64,000 nucleotides of DNA, from assembly GCA_028282585.1 (NCBI GenBank), contig JANQHR010000052.1, forward strand, positions 68,571 to 132,570. The letters run 5' to 3'. The notes under the pieces are model-generated. The model did no database searches. It worked only from the letters and a program-made list of their open reading frames with translations, and was not told the origin of the DNA. A program made the position numbers and the translations under genes. Within the stretch, counting starts at the first letter, position 1. Each line of letters starts with the position of its first letter. Shown piece after piece: positions 28,366 through 37,242 of this stretch. Source of the stretch: Bacteroidales bacterium. Its GTDB lineage: Bacteria; Bacteroidota; Bacteroidia; Bacteroidales; UBA12077.

Positions 28366-31300
28366 ATGAAAAATATACTCGATTTAATAGATTTTAATAA
28401 AATTGAAACTCTTTTAGAAGGCCATTATAAATCGACAGGTTTTGTTGTTGGAATTTTAGATTTGGAAGGAAATATTCTTGCTACTTCAAGTTGGAATAAG
28501 ATATGCAAAGACTTTCACAGAGCAAACCAAAATAGCTGCAAGCGTTGTATTGAAAGCGATATTGAACTAGGAAGTAAAAAGATTTCGGGAAATAAATATG
28601 ATTCTTATAAATGCTTAAACGGTTTAGTAGATGTTGTTGCCCCTGTTATTATAGGCAATACTCATGTAGCGAATTTATATTGTGGTCAATTTGTCTATGA
28701 AAAGCCGGATCGTAATTTTTTTATCAAACAAGCCGAAAAATTTGGTTTTGATAAAGAAAAGTATCTTGGGGTACTTAAACAGGTTCCAATCGTTTCTAAA
28801 GAAAAAGTTAAGGATGTAATGGCTTTTTTAACAAATCTTATACAGCACATTAGTGAAATGGCCATGCAGAAAGTTGAGCAGGAAAATCTCCTTACTAAAA
28901 TTAAAGAGAACGAAGCGAAATATATTGACCTTTACGAAAATTCTCCAGTTATGATGGTTAATGTTGACCATAAAACAGGAAAAATATTAGACTGCAACGC
29001 TACATTATGTAAAAAAACAGGCTATTCAAAACAGGAAATTATTGGTAAGCATGTACTTGAAAGATACTATTCCAAAAAAGAAGCCGAAATTACGTTTAAC
29101 GAATTCTTAAAAACAGGAATAATCAAAAGTGCCGAATTAAAACTCAAGAAAAAACATGGAGGCTACATAGATGTATTACTCAAAGTAACAACGGTAAAAG
29201 ATCAAAATGGTAATTTACTCTATAGCCGATCTGTATGGCAAGACATAACCGAACAAAAAAATGCTAAGATTACACTTGAAAAAAATGAAGCACGTTTAAA
29301 AGAGGCTCAGTCAATAGCCAAAGTAGGAAACTTTAATCATGATTTTAAAAAAGATACTCTATGGTGGTCGGATGAAACATTTAAAATACTTGGCTTCGAT
29401 AAGACAGATATCCCCCCGAATTACGCAACTTTTATTAAACGTTTACCTGATGAAGATAAAGAAAAACTAAACGCTTTGGTTGATAAGGCTGAAAAATACG
29501 GTGAAGATTATTCTACCACTTATCGTTATCAAATTCCAGGAGCTGATTTAAAATATATTTATGTAAAAGCTCAGGTAGAATATAATAATGAAGGAAAGCC
29601 TAAAGGGTTAATAGGAACGGTTCAAAATATAACTGAACGAAAAAAAGCGGAGGAAGAATTAAAACAGAGCGAAAAGAGATTGAATGAAGCTCAGGAGTTA
29701 GCGCACATTGGCAGTTGGGAATATACTATTGACCCGGATACTGTAGTTTGGTCAAAAGAATTGTTCAATATTTTTGAACTTTCTAGTAACTTACCCGCCC
29801 CAAAATATTCTGAACAACCACCCTTTTACACAGAGGAAAGTTTTGCCAAACTAGACAGGGCGGTTCAGGAATGTGTCCAGCATGGAATCCCTTATGAAAT
29901 AGAATTAGATATCATTACATCAAGCGGTTCTATAAAGCAAATAATTTCAATTGGGACAGCCAAAAAGGATTCAAATAATAAAATAATCGGCTGTTATGGA
30001 ATAGCACAAGACATTACAGAGAAAAAGAAAGCAGAACAAGAAATTCATTATCATGCATCTTTAATAAAGCAAGTAGACAGTGCCATCATAACAATAAATT
30101 TTGAAAATAAAATACTTTCCTGGAATGAGCATGCAGAGATATTGTATCAATGGAAGAAAGAAGAAGCTTTAGGTAAAAATATAATTGAATTACTTGCACC
30201 GGAAGAGCTCAAAGATGAAACATTTAAAAATTTTGAAGACCTTAACAAGGATGGCCATTGGGAAGGAGATTATGATGTAAAAAGAAAAGACGGTACTACA
30301 ATCCCGGTACATATTGTAAATACCTATTTAAAGGATCATGAAGGTAAAAACATTGGATTTATTGGCGTAAGTACAGATATTACTTTACGTAAAAAAACCG
30401 AACAAATATTACGTGAAAGCGAAGCATTTAAAGAAACTTTATTAAATATAACTCCTGATATAATTTATATCTACGACCTTATTGAAAAGAAGAATCTATA
30501 TAGTAACGATGGAATTATTAAAATATTAAGTTATGACATTGAAGAAATTCAGCAAATGGGCGATAAGATTATTCCAATGTTAATGCACCCGGATGATTTC
30601 AAAACCTATGTTAATGAAACTGTACCAAAATATCAGAAACTCAAAGATAATGAGCTCCTCGAACATGTGTATCGAATGAAACATAAAAATGGAGGTTGGC
30701 ACTGGCTCGAATCCAGAGAGAGTATTTATGAGCGCTCGGAAAGTGGTGTTCCAGCTAAAATTTTCGGTATTATCACAGATATAACAGAACGCAGAATAGC
30801 AGAACAAGCTTTAGTACAAAGCGAAGAAAAATTTCGCGAAATCTATGAACAATCACCTGTAGCTATACAATATTACGATAAAGACGGAAACCTTATTGAC
30901 GTAAATAAAAAAACACTTGAATTATTTGGTATTAATAGTAGTGATGAAATTGCACCTTATAACTTTTGGCAAGATTCAAAACTTTCAGAACAGAATGAAA
31001 AAGATTTAAGGAATGGTATCCAAGTATCACTTTCAGACACCTTAGATTTTGATGAGGTGAAAAAACACAAGTTATTTAAAACCAAAAAATCTGGTTTTAT
31101 CGATGTAGAAATGCTTGTTGCTCCTATCCTTGATCAAAATAATACTATCGGTTATCTTGTACACCTTTTTGATGTAACAGTCCGAAAAAAAGCTGAAGAA
31201 CAAATCATAAACCAAAATGCAGAGTATGAAGCTTTAAATGAAGAATTGAGACAAACTAACGAAGAATTATATATTGCCAAAAGAAAAGCAGAAGAATCGG

Positions 31301-32412
31301 ACCGCTTAAAATCTGCATTTTTAGCAAATATGAGTCACGAAATTCGAACCCCTTTGAACGGAATAAAAGGTTTTATCAATTTACTTGAAAAACCTGAGTT
31401 AAGCGAAGAAAAGAGAAAGCATTACACCCAGGTTATTCATAAAAGTAGCGATAGGTTAATAACTACCATCAATAACATTATTGATATTTCTAAGATAGAA
31501 GCCGGGCAAGTTCAAATTACAAATGAAGTGTTAAATTTAAACGAATTACTTCGCGAAATAGAAGAGTTTTTCGAACCACAAGCTAAAAGCTTAGGCCTAA
31601 ATTTTAATTTTAATTACCCCCTTTCTGATGACGATTCTTTTATTATTACCGATAATGAATTACTCTACGGTATTATAACAAACCTTGTAAAAAATGCTAT
31701 CAAGTTTACCGAAGAAGGAAGTATAAGCGTTGGTTACAGGATTAATAAAAGTTTAGGCTCTTACGTGCTTGAAGTTTATGTAAAAGACACGGGCGTGGGT
31801 ATACCAAAAGATAAATTAGATTTAATATTTAAACGTTTTGTAAAAGCCGATATAGAAGAAAAAAATGCTATTCAAGGGTCTGGGCTTGGGTTAGCCATTT
31901 GTAAAGCATACGTTGATTTTTTAAGTGGCGAAATTTATGTCGAATCTCAAGAAGGAAAAGGTTCAACTTTTCGTTTCTCGATCAAGTGCAGCAAACCAAA
32001 TAAAACTAAAGACAAACTATCTTCTGATAATAGTTTTGAATTACCTGCAAATTTAAAAATCTTAATTGTTGAAGATGATTTGGTGAGCTATGACTTACTG
32101 GAAAATTTATTTTCCGAATACGATGTTAAAATTCTACATGCTTTAAATGGTAAAGAAGCAATAGAAATATATAATGCAAATCCTGATATTGATGTCATTT
32201 TAATGGATATGGAGCTGCCGATAATGGATGGATATCAAGCCACAAGGGAAATTAGAAAGTTAAGCCCGAATACCATTATAATTGCTCAAACTGCTTTTGC
32301 AATGGAAGGGGATTCGGAAAAATCAATCAAAGCTGGTTGCAACGACCATTTAACTAAACCAATTGATGAAGATGTCTTGATAAAAACAATCATCAAACAT
32401 TTATCAAAATAG
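28366..32412 (+). CDS. Cytoplasmic hybrid sensor histidine kinase (PocR + multiple PAS + HisKA/HATPase + REC)
   Basis: ICKDFHR...CIESD...YKCLNGL (PocR); repeated PAC ends (QDITE); FLANMSHEIRTPL; DTGVGI; GSGLGLAI; LMDMELP. Confidence 0.92.
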   Translation: MKNILDLIDFNKIETLLEGHYKSTGFVVGILDLEGNILATSSWNKICKDFHRANQNSCKRCIESDIELGSKKISGNKYDSYKCLNGLVDVVAPVIIGNTHVANLYCGQFVYEKPDRNFFIKQAEKFGFDKEKYLGVLKQVPIVSKEKVKDVMAFLTNLIQHISEMAMQKVEQENLLTKIKENEAKYIDLYENSPVMMVNVDHKTGKILDCNATLCKKTGYSKQEIIGKHVLERYYSKKEAEITFNEFLKTGIIKSAELKLKKKHGGYIDVLLKVTTVKDQNGNLLYSRSVWQDITEQKNAKITLEKNEARLKEAQSIAKVGNFNHDFKKDTLWWSDETFKILGFDKTDIPPNYATFIKRLPDEDKEKLNALVDKAEKYGEDYSTTYRYQIPGADLKYIYVKAQVEYNNEGKPKGLIGTVQNITERKKAEEELKQSEKRLNEAQELAHIGSWEYTIDPDTVVWSKELFNIFELSSNLPAPKYSEQPPFYTEESFAKLDRAVQECVQHGIPYEIELDIITSSGSIKQIISIGTAKKDSNNKIIGCYGIAQDITEKKKAEQEIHYHASLIKQVDSAIITINFENKILSWNEHAEILYQWKKEEALGKNIIELLAPEELKDETFKNFEDLNKDGHWEGDYDVKRKDGTTIPVHIVNTYLKDHEGKNIGFIGVSTDITLRKKTEQILRESEAFKETLLNITPDIIYIYDLIEKKNLYSNDGIIKILSYDIEEIQQMGDKIIPMLMHPDDFKTYVNETVPKYQKLKDNELLEHVYRMKHKNGGWHWLESRESIYERSESGVPAKIFGIITDITERRIAEQALVQSEEKFREIYEQSPVAIQYYDKDGNLIDVNKKTLELFGINSSDEIAPYNFWQDSKLSEQNEKDLRNGIQVSLSDTLDFDEVKKHKLFKTKKSGFIDVEMLVAPILDQNNTIGYLVHLFDVTVRKKAEEQIINQNAEYEALNEELRQTNEELYIAKRKAEESDRLKSAFLANMSHEIRTPLNGIKGFINLLEKPELSEEKRKHYTQVIHKSSDRLITTINNIIDISKIEAGQVQITNEVLNLNELLREIEEFFEPQAKSLGLNFNFNYPLSDDDSFIITDNELLYGIITNLVKNAIKFTEEGSISVGYRINKSLGSYVLEVYVKDTGVGIPKDKLDLIFKRFVKADIEEKNAIQGSGLGLAICKAYVDFLSGEIYVESQEGKGSTFRFSIKCSKPNKTKDKLSSDNSFELPANLKILIVEDDLVSYDLLENLFSEYDVKILHALNGKEAIEIYNANPDIDVILMDMELPIMDGYQATREIRKLSPNTIIIAQTAFAMEGDSEKSIKAGCNDHLTKPIDEDVLIKTIIKHLSK

Positions 32413-32597
32413 ATCTATCTAAAGCCTGAAAGAAGAAGAATATTCAGTTGCAAAGATTGCCGTAAAAGTAACATCCAATTACATGGAGTTTTAGCAGTAA
32501 AAATGAAAAACTAAGCGTGTAACGAATAAAAGTTTTGGTGTACTCTTAATAAAAAATACCAAATTAAAACTTACTCCGGTTTAATAATTCTACCATT

Positions 32598-32663
32598 AAA
32601 ACCCGATACATTTTTCATCTACTCCGAGAAGTTTTGATTACACCAAATTTTGAAATAATTTTG
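32598..32663 (+). promoter_or_regulatory. Putative LytTR-binding direct repeat plus -7 box (copy 1)
   Basis: aaaacccgataca...tactccg with the two CCG 21 bp apart; TAATTTTG at 32656-32663. Confidence 0.65.
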
Positions 32664-32669
32664 TTCATA

Positions 32670-33656
32670 ATGCAAAAATTAACCATATACAATATATTAA
32701 AACACATAGCGCTCTGGATAATATATTTAATCTTACCAATTATTATTATTCCTCGTCCGGAAGGTAATTATATAGAAAGAAGCCAATTTGTTCTGTTACA
32801 TTATCTATTTTCCAGTTTGTATTCCATCCTGTTTTTTTACGCTAATTTTTACTGGACAATTCCCGGTCTATTATATAAAAACAAAAAATGGAAATATATT
32901 TTAGTAATCACTTTATTTGTTCTTTTATGCTTAGCCGTTTACAGAATTTTACCGAAAATTATCAACTTTGAAGCCAACAGGAATATTTTCTTTTTATTTT
33001 TTGCAACTCTTGTAAAGCTTATATTTATGTTTATTGTTGCCTGGATTATTGTTTTATATAAAAGAAATAAAGAGCAGGCCATAGCAAAAAATCAAGCTGA
33101 ACTTGCTTACTTAAAAGCACAGGTTAACCCTCATTTTTTATTTAATGTACTAAACAGCCTGTATGCATTGGCTATAAAAAAATCCGACAAAGTTGTGGAA
33201 GCCATATCACAACTATCCGATATCATGAGATACAATATAAACGAATCTCAAAAGAATCTGGTATCACTTACACATGAATTGGAATACCTCGAAGATTACA
33301 TTGATATACAAAAATTAAGGCTAACAACGAAAACTAAAGTTATATACGAGGTTAGAGGAGATCCTGAAAATAAAGAGATTGAACCCCTATTACTAATAAC
33401 TTTTATCGAAAATGCTTTTAAATATGGAGTTAGCACCGAAAAAAAATCTGAGATAGTTATTAAAATTGAAATTGTTGAAAATAATTTAAACCTTTTTGTT
33501 CAGAACGATAAGGTTAAGAAACTTTTGGATACAAGTGGGACGGGTTTAAAAAATACAATTAAACGGCTAAACTACACGTATAAAAACAATTATTATTTAA
33601 ATATAACAAATAAAGAAATGTATTACAGGGTGCAATTAATAATGAAATTAAAATGA
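32670..33656 (+). CDS. LytS/YehU-type membrane sensor histidine kinase
   Basis: N-terminal transmembrane helices; LKAQVNPHFLFNVLN; IENAFKYG; GTGLKN. ATG 32670 preferred over TTG 32634. Confidence 0.9.
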   Translation: MQKLTIYNILKHIALWIIYLILPIIIIPRPEGNYIERSQFVLLHYLFSSLYSILFFYANFYWTIPGLLYKNKKWKYILVITLFVLLCLAVYRILPKIINFEANRNIFFLFFATLVKLIFMFIVAWIIVLYKRNKEQAIAKNQAELAYLKAQVNPHFLFNVLNSLYALAIKKSDKVVEAISQLSDIMRYNINESQKNLVSLTHELEYLEDYIDIQKLRLTTKTKVIYEVRGDPENKEIEPLLLITFIENAFKYGVSTEKKSEIVIKIEIVENNLNLFVQNDKVKKLLDTSGTGLKNTIKRLNYTYKNNYYLNITNKEMYYRVQLIMKLK

Positions 33657-34354
33657 TTAAAGCAATTGCTATAGATGATGAACCTTTAGCTTTGGATGTG
33701 ATAACATCTATGGTAAATGGAATCAACTTTATTGAGTTAAAAAGAACTTTCACCCAAGCTTCAAATGCAATTCGTTATTTAAAAAAGTTCCCCGTTGATT
33801 TACTGTTTTTGGATATTCAAATGCCTGATTTTAATGGAATTGAACTGTATAAATCGATAAAACAAGACGTGATGGTAATATTTACTACAGCATTTAGCGA
33901 ATATGCAGTAGAGGGTTTTGAATTAAACGCAATAGATTACTTGCTTAAACCAATAAAGCACAAAAGGTTTGAAATGGCATGCTTAAAAGCATTGGACTTT
34001 TTTGAGTATAAGAAACAAAAAGACGTTAAGGATAATAACTCCATATATGTCAGGTCCGAATATTCTCTTGTAAAAATACCTTTACAGGATATTCTCTTTT
34101 TTGAAACCATGGACGATTATATCAAAATTCATCGTACTAATTCAAAGCCCATACTAACATTAATGAGTATGAAGAAATTACTTCAAATGCTTCCTAAAAA
34201 AGATTTTATTCGTATTCACCGCTCATACGTCGTCTCCTCACAAAAAATTGAAGCTGTAAGGGCTAAAAAAGTTATACTTAAAAATCATGAATTACCCATA
34301 GGAACCACTTTTGAAAAAGGCTTTTTAGATACTTACCTCCCCAATAATTCTTAA
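33653..34354 (+). CDS. LytTR family response regulator
   Basis: IAIDDEP, FLDIQMP, DYLLKP, FIRIHRSYVV. Confidence 0.93.
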   Translation: MIKAIAIDDEPLALDVITSMVNGINFIELKRTFTQASNAIRYLKKFPVDLLFLDIQMPDFNGIELYKSIKQDVMVIFTTAFSEYAVEGFELNAIDYLLKPIKHKRFEMACLKALDFFEYKKQKDVKDNNSIYVRSEYSLVKIPLQDILFFETMDDYIKIHRTNSKPILTLMSMKKLLQMLPKKDFIRIHRSYVVSSQKIEAVRAKKVILKNHELPIGTTFEKGFLDTYLPNNS

Positions 34355-34419
34355 ACCCCGATTCAATCATACCGTACTCCGACTAAATTTTTAAGCCCTA
34401 ACCGTCTGGCTTACCTTAG
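34353..34419 (+). promoter_or_regulatory. Putative LytTR-binding direct repeat plus -7 box (copy 2)
   Basis: aaaccccgattcaat...tactccg with the two CCG 21 bp apart; TACCTTAG at 34412-34419. Confidence 0.65.
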
Positions 34420-34447
34420 CTGCATGTTTAACCTAAAATGAAGTTTT

Positions 34448-35326
34448 ATGAAAAGTAATATTAAACACTTTTTCAAACAATCAATAATTCCAATAGCAAT
34501 AATGCTATTCGGAATTATTTTACATTCTTCTTGCGAGCTGGAAGAAGACACATTAGATGAACCTATAGAATGTGAAGAAAGCATCTCAGTTGCAGAAGAT
34601 GACACCTACGCATCTGAAACATTTGATGAGGTTGAGGATATAGCTGATGAAGCTGCAGATGAAAATAACCTGAAAAATTCAGAAAACTCTATTGAAGGCA
34701 CCATAATAACAAATTGTGCAACAGTTACAATTGATGGTGATTCCGACGAAACTACTATGATTGTTGATTTTGGAAGCGAAAATTGCGAATGTGAAGATGG
34801 AAGGTATAGAAGGGGAAAAATTATAGTAGTTTATTCAGGCGATTATTGGAATGATAGTACATTCATTAATTACAGTTTTGATAACTATTTTGTTGATGAC
34901 AACCAAGTTACAGGTATAAAGACAATAACACGTTTTGCAAGCAACATCAATAGAAACATGGGTAGCCATACATTAGTGGATGGTGTAATAATTTTAGCGG
35001 ATGGTGAGGGTACAATAACCTGGAAGTCCAACAGGACAAGAGAAGTTATTAAAGGTTCTAAAACCTTAAGCCGCATGGATGATATCTATCAAATAACTGG
35101 TTCATCTGAAGGTATTTCAAGCAATGGAGAAAGTTTTTCTTCAGAAATTCAATCTCCACTTGTAAGAAGGATGGATTATGGATGCCGAAGGAATTATGTA
35201 GAAGGTATCCTTGAAATTAATCAGGTGGATGGAGATATTTATAACATTGACTATGGCGAAGGTATTTGTAATCGTTGGGCCACGGTTACAGTCAATGGCG
35301 AAGTATGTAAGGTTTATTTACGATAG
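34448..35326 (+). CDS. Acidic beta-rich lipoprotein of unknown function
   Basis: LHSSC lipobox; VDFG..NC...DG..RRGKI and IDYG.G.C motifs common in Bacteroidota lipoproteins. Confidence 0.7.
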   Translation: MKSNIKHFFKQSIIPIAIMLFGIILHSSCELEEDTLDEPIECEESISVAEDDTYASETFDEVEDIADEAADENNLKNSENSIEGTIITNCATVTIDGDSDETTMIVDFGSENCECEDGRYRRGKIIVVYSGDYWNDSTFINYSFDNYFVDDNQVTGIKTITRFASNINRNMGSHTLVDGVIILADGEGTITWKSNRTREVIKGSKTLSRMDDIYQITGSSEGISSNGESFSSEIQSPLVRRMDYGCRRNYVEGILEINQVDGDIYNIDYGEGICNRWATVTVNGEVCKVYLR

Positions 35327-35456
35327 TATAAAATAATCTTTATTGCAAGGAAAATTTATTTTTTATAGTGAGTAATCTTATACACTATTCACCTACCTCA
35401 AACCAAGATTAATAAATCGCCTTGCATTTTTAATCAATTTTTAAAAAAATAATATC

Positions 35457-36038
35457 ATGAAAAAGACGAATTTAAAATTAATATTATTTCTGTTGTTTAT
35501 CGCACTATTTGCAACAGTTGAAACACAAGCACAAAGAAGAGTTGTGGTAAGGCGTCCTTCTAAAACAGTTGTTGTAACCAGGGTACCAAGAAGCAGAGTT
35601 GTTTATGTTAACCGCCCTGCCCCCTACCGCAGAAATGTTGTAGTAAGAGCTTTAGCACCAGCTAGATTAAGGCTGGTGCATCGCGGAGTAACCCTATATT
35701 ATCATGCTGGTATTTACTATAGAACACATGCAAACGGTTACGTTGTTGTAGTACCTCCTCCAGGGTTTGTAATTCCGGTACTGCCAGTTAATTATGCGCG
35801 AGTTGCGCTTACCTGGGGAACCTTCTTTTATTTCAACGGAGTTTTTTACCAGGAGGTTGATGATGGTTATAAAGTTGTAAAAGCGCCTGAAGGTGCTATA
35901 ATAAAAACACTTCCAGAAGATGCCAGTAAAGTAACTATTGATGGTAAAATATTTTACGAACATAACGGAACTCTTTACAAAAAGGTTGAAACTGAGGACG
36001 GTTTTGCCTATGAGGTCTCCGGTGAAATAACGGAATAA
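35457..36038 (+). CDS. DUF6515-like exported protein
   Basis: Signal peptide, Arg/Val-rich N-terminus, repeated YY..G.YY...GY.VV.PP.G units. Confidence 0.7.
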   Translation: MKKTNLKLILFLLFIALFATVETQAQRRVVVRRPSKTVVVTRVPRSRVVYVNRPAPYRRNVVVRALAPARLRLVHRGVTLYYHAGIYYRTHANGYVVVVPPPGFVIPVLPVNYARVALTWGTFFYFNGVFYQEVDDGYKVVKAPEGAIIKTLPEDASKVTIDGKIFYEHNGTLYKKVETEDGFAYEVSGEITE

Positions 36039-36049
36039 AATAAACTTCT

Positions 36050-36724
36050 ATGAAGACTAGATATTTAATAATTTCAATAGTATTCACATGGATAAGCTAT
36101 TTTAAAGCTTATCCATATGAATTTTCCAATATAAACAATCAACCTTCTTCGGAATTAGATGCGCAAAAGCCAAACCTACTGAAAGTTGGTGCAAATATTA
36201 GTTATCTTAATACGTATAACTACATCCCAAAATTTAGGTTTTATATTGGAATAGCACCTACTTTATCCTTATCCGGCAAAACCTATGTAAAACCTGAACT
36301 AGCACTCTCTTTTAAAGGCGGCCATGTAAATTACAATGAGCCATTCTTTGATGGGTATGCTTCTTATAATCTGAACTATTTAGAACTCCCCCTCGTATTC
36401 GGATTTAAACCTACCGATAAGGTATCTTTTGAAATTGGGGGATATGGAGCGTTGTTGTTGTTAAGTAATTTCAGGTTTGATGGAGATTTTTTCTATGGTT
36501 ATGGTTCTTTTGGTCAAGGTGAAATCAGTACACTGGATTATGGATTAGTTAGCGGGATTGTTTTTAATACCAACAGGTTGAATATTGGAATAAGGTATCA
36601 ATACGGTTTAGAAAAAGTAGCAAAAGGAAATACGGCTCAAACATTTCTCGGAAATGCTCTTAATCAAACCATTCAAATTACTTTTCAAAGAAATAGAGTG
36701 CTTGGAAAGCTTATTTCGAATTAG
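36050..36724 (+). CDS. Outer-membrane beta-barrel (porin family) protein
   Basis: KVGAN, PEL..S.KG, LNYLELP, DYGL..G, RYQYGL. Confidence 0.75.
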   Translation: MKTRYLIISIVFTWISYFKAYPYEFSNINNQPSSELDAQKPNLLKVGANISYLNTYNYIPKFRFYIGIAPTLSLSGKTYVKPELALSFKGGHVNYNEPFFDGYASYNLNYLELPLVFGFKPTDKVSFEIGGYGALLLLSNFRFDGDFFYGYGSFGQGEISTLDYGLVSGIVFNTNRLNIGIRYQYGLEKVAKGNTAQTFLGNALNQTIQITFQRNRVLGKLISN

Positions 36725-36745
36725 TACGGTTTAATAAAAAAATTC

Positions 36746-36812
36746 AAACTCCGATTCAATTGCCCAATACTCCGGCAGAATTTTAAGAACATAGTAAGGA
36801 GCTATAGTTTTG
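36746..36812 (+). promoter_or_regulatory. Putative LytTR-binding direct repeat plus -7 box (copy 3)
   Basis: aaactccgattcaat...tactccg with the two CCG 21 bp apart; TAGTTTTG at 36805-36812. Confidence 0.65.
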
Positions 36813-36842
36813 TCTCATGTTTAAAATTAAAAATCAAAAACC

Positions 36843-37223
36843 ATGAAACCTTGGAAGTTATTTATAAACATTCTTACTTTTTTAATTCTATTTACCAATG
36901 GAATGGCGCAAGTCACTTATTCAAATGGTAAAACACCGGAGGAAAGGGCTAAAAACCAAACAGAGTGGATGAAAACTGAATTAAGCCTGGACTCTATCCA
37001 AGTTGAAAAAGTTCACAGCATCAATTTAGAATATGCAACTAAAATGGAAAGTATTAAAAATACTAGTGGAGAAAGGAGGCAAAAAATTCAAATGCTAAGG
37101 TCATTATCTTCAGATAAAGATAGTGAACTTAAAAAAATATTTACAAAAGAGCAATATAAGGCTTACCAGAGAAAAAAAGATGATATACGTACTGAGGCTA
37201 AGAGTAGGTATCGAGGAAGATAG
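36843..37223 (+). CDS. Periplasmic helical protein (DUF4890 / Spy-CpxP-like)
   Basis: Signal peptide; TPEERA...M..EL.L...Q and ELKKIFTKEQYKAY. Confidence 0.68.
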   Translation: MKPWKLFINILTFLILFTNGMAQVTYSNGKTPEERAKNQTEWMKTELSLDSIQVEKVHSINLEYATKMESIKNTSGERRQKIQMLRSLSSDKDSELKKIFTKEQYKAYQRKKDDIRTEAKSRYRGR

Positions 37224-37242
37224 ATTTCAACCCAATCGAATC

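Noticed and set aside
37123-37242. Extended N-terminus of the TonB receptor overlapping the upstream gene
   Set aside because: The signal peptide begins at ATG 37243; the upstream extension is an ORF-caller artefact.
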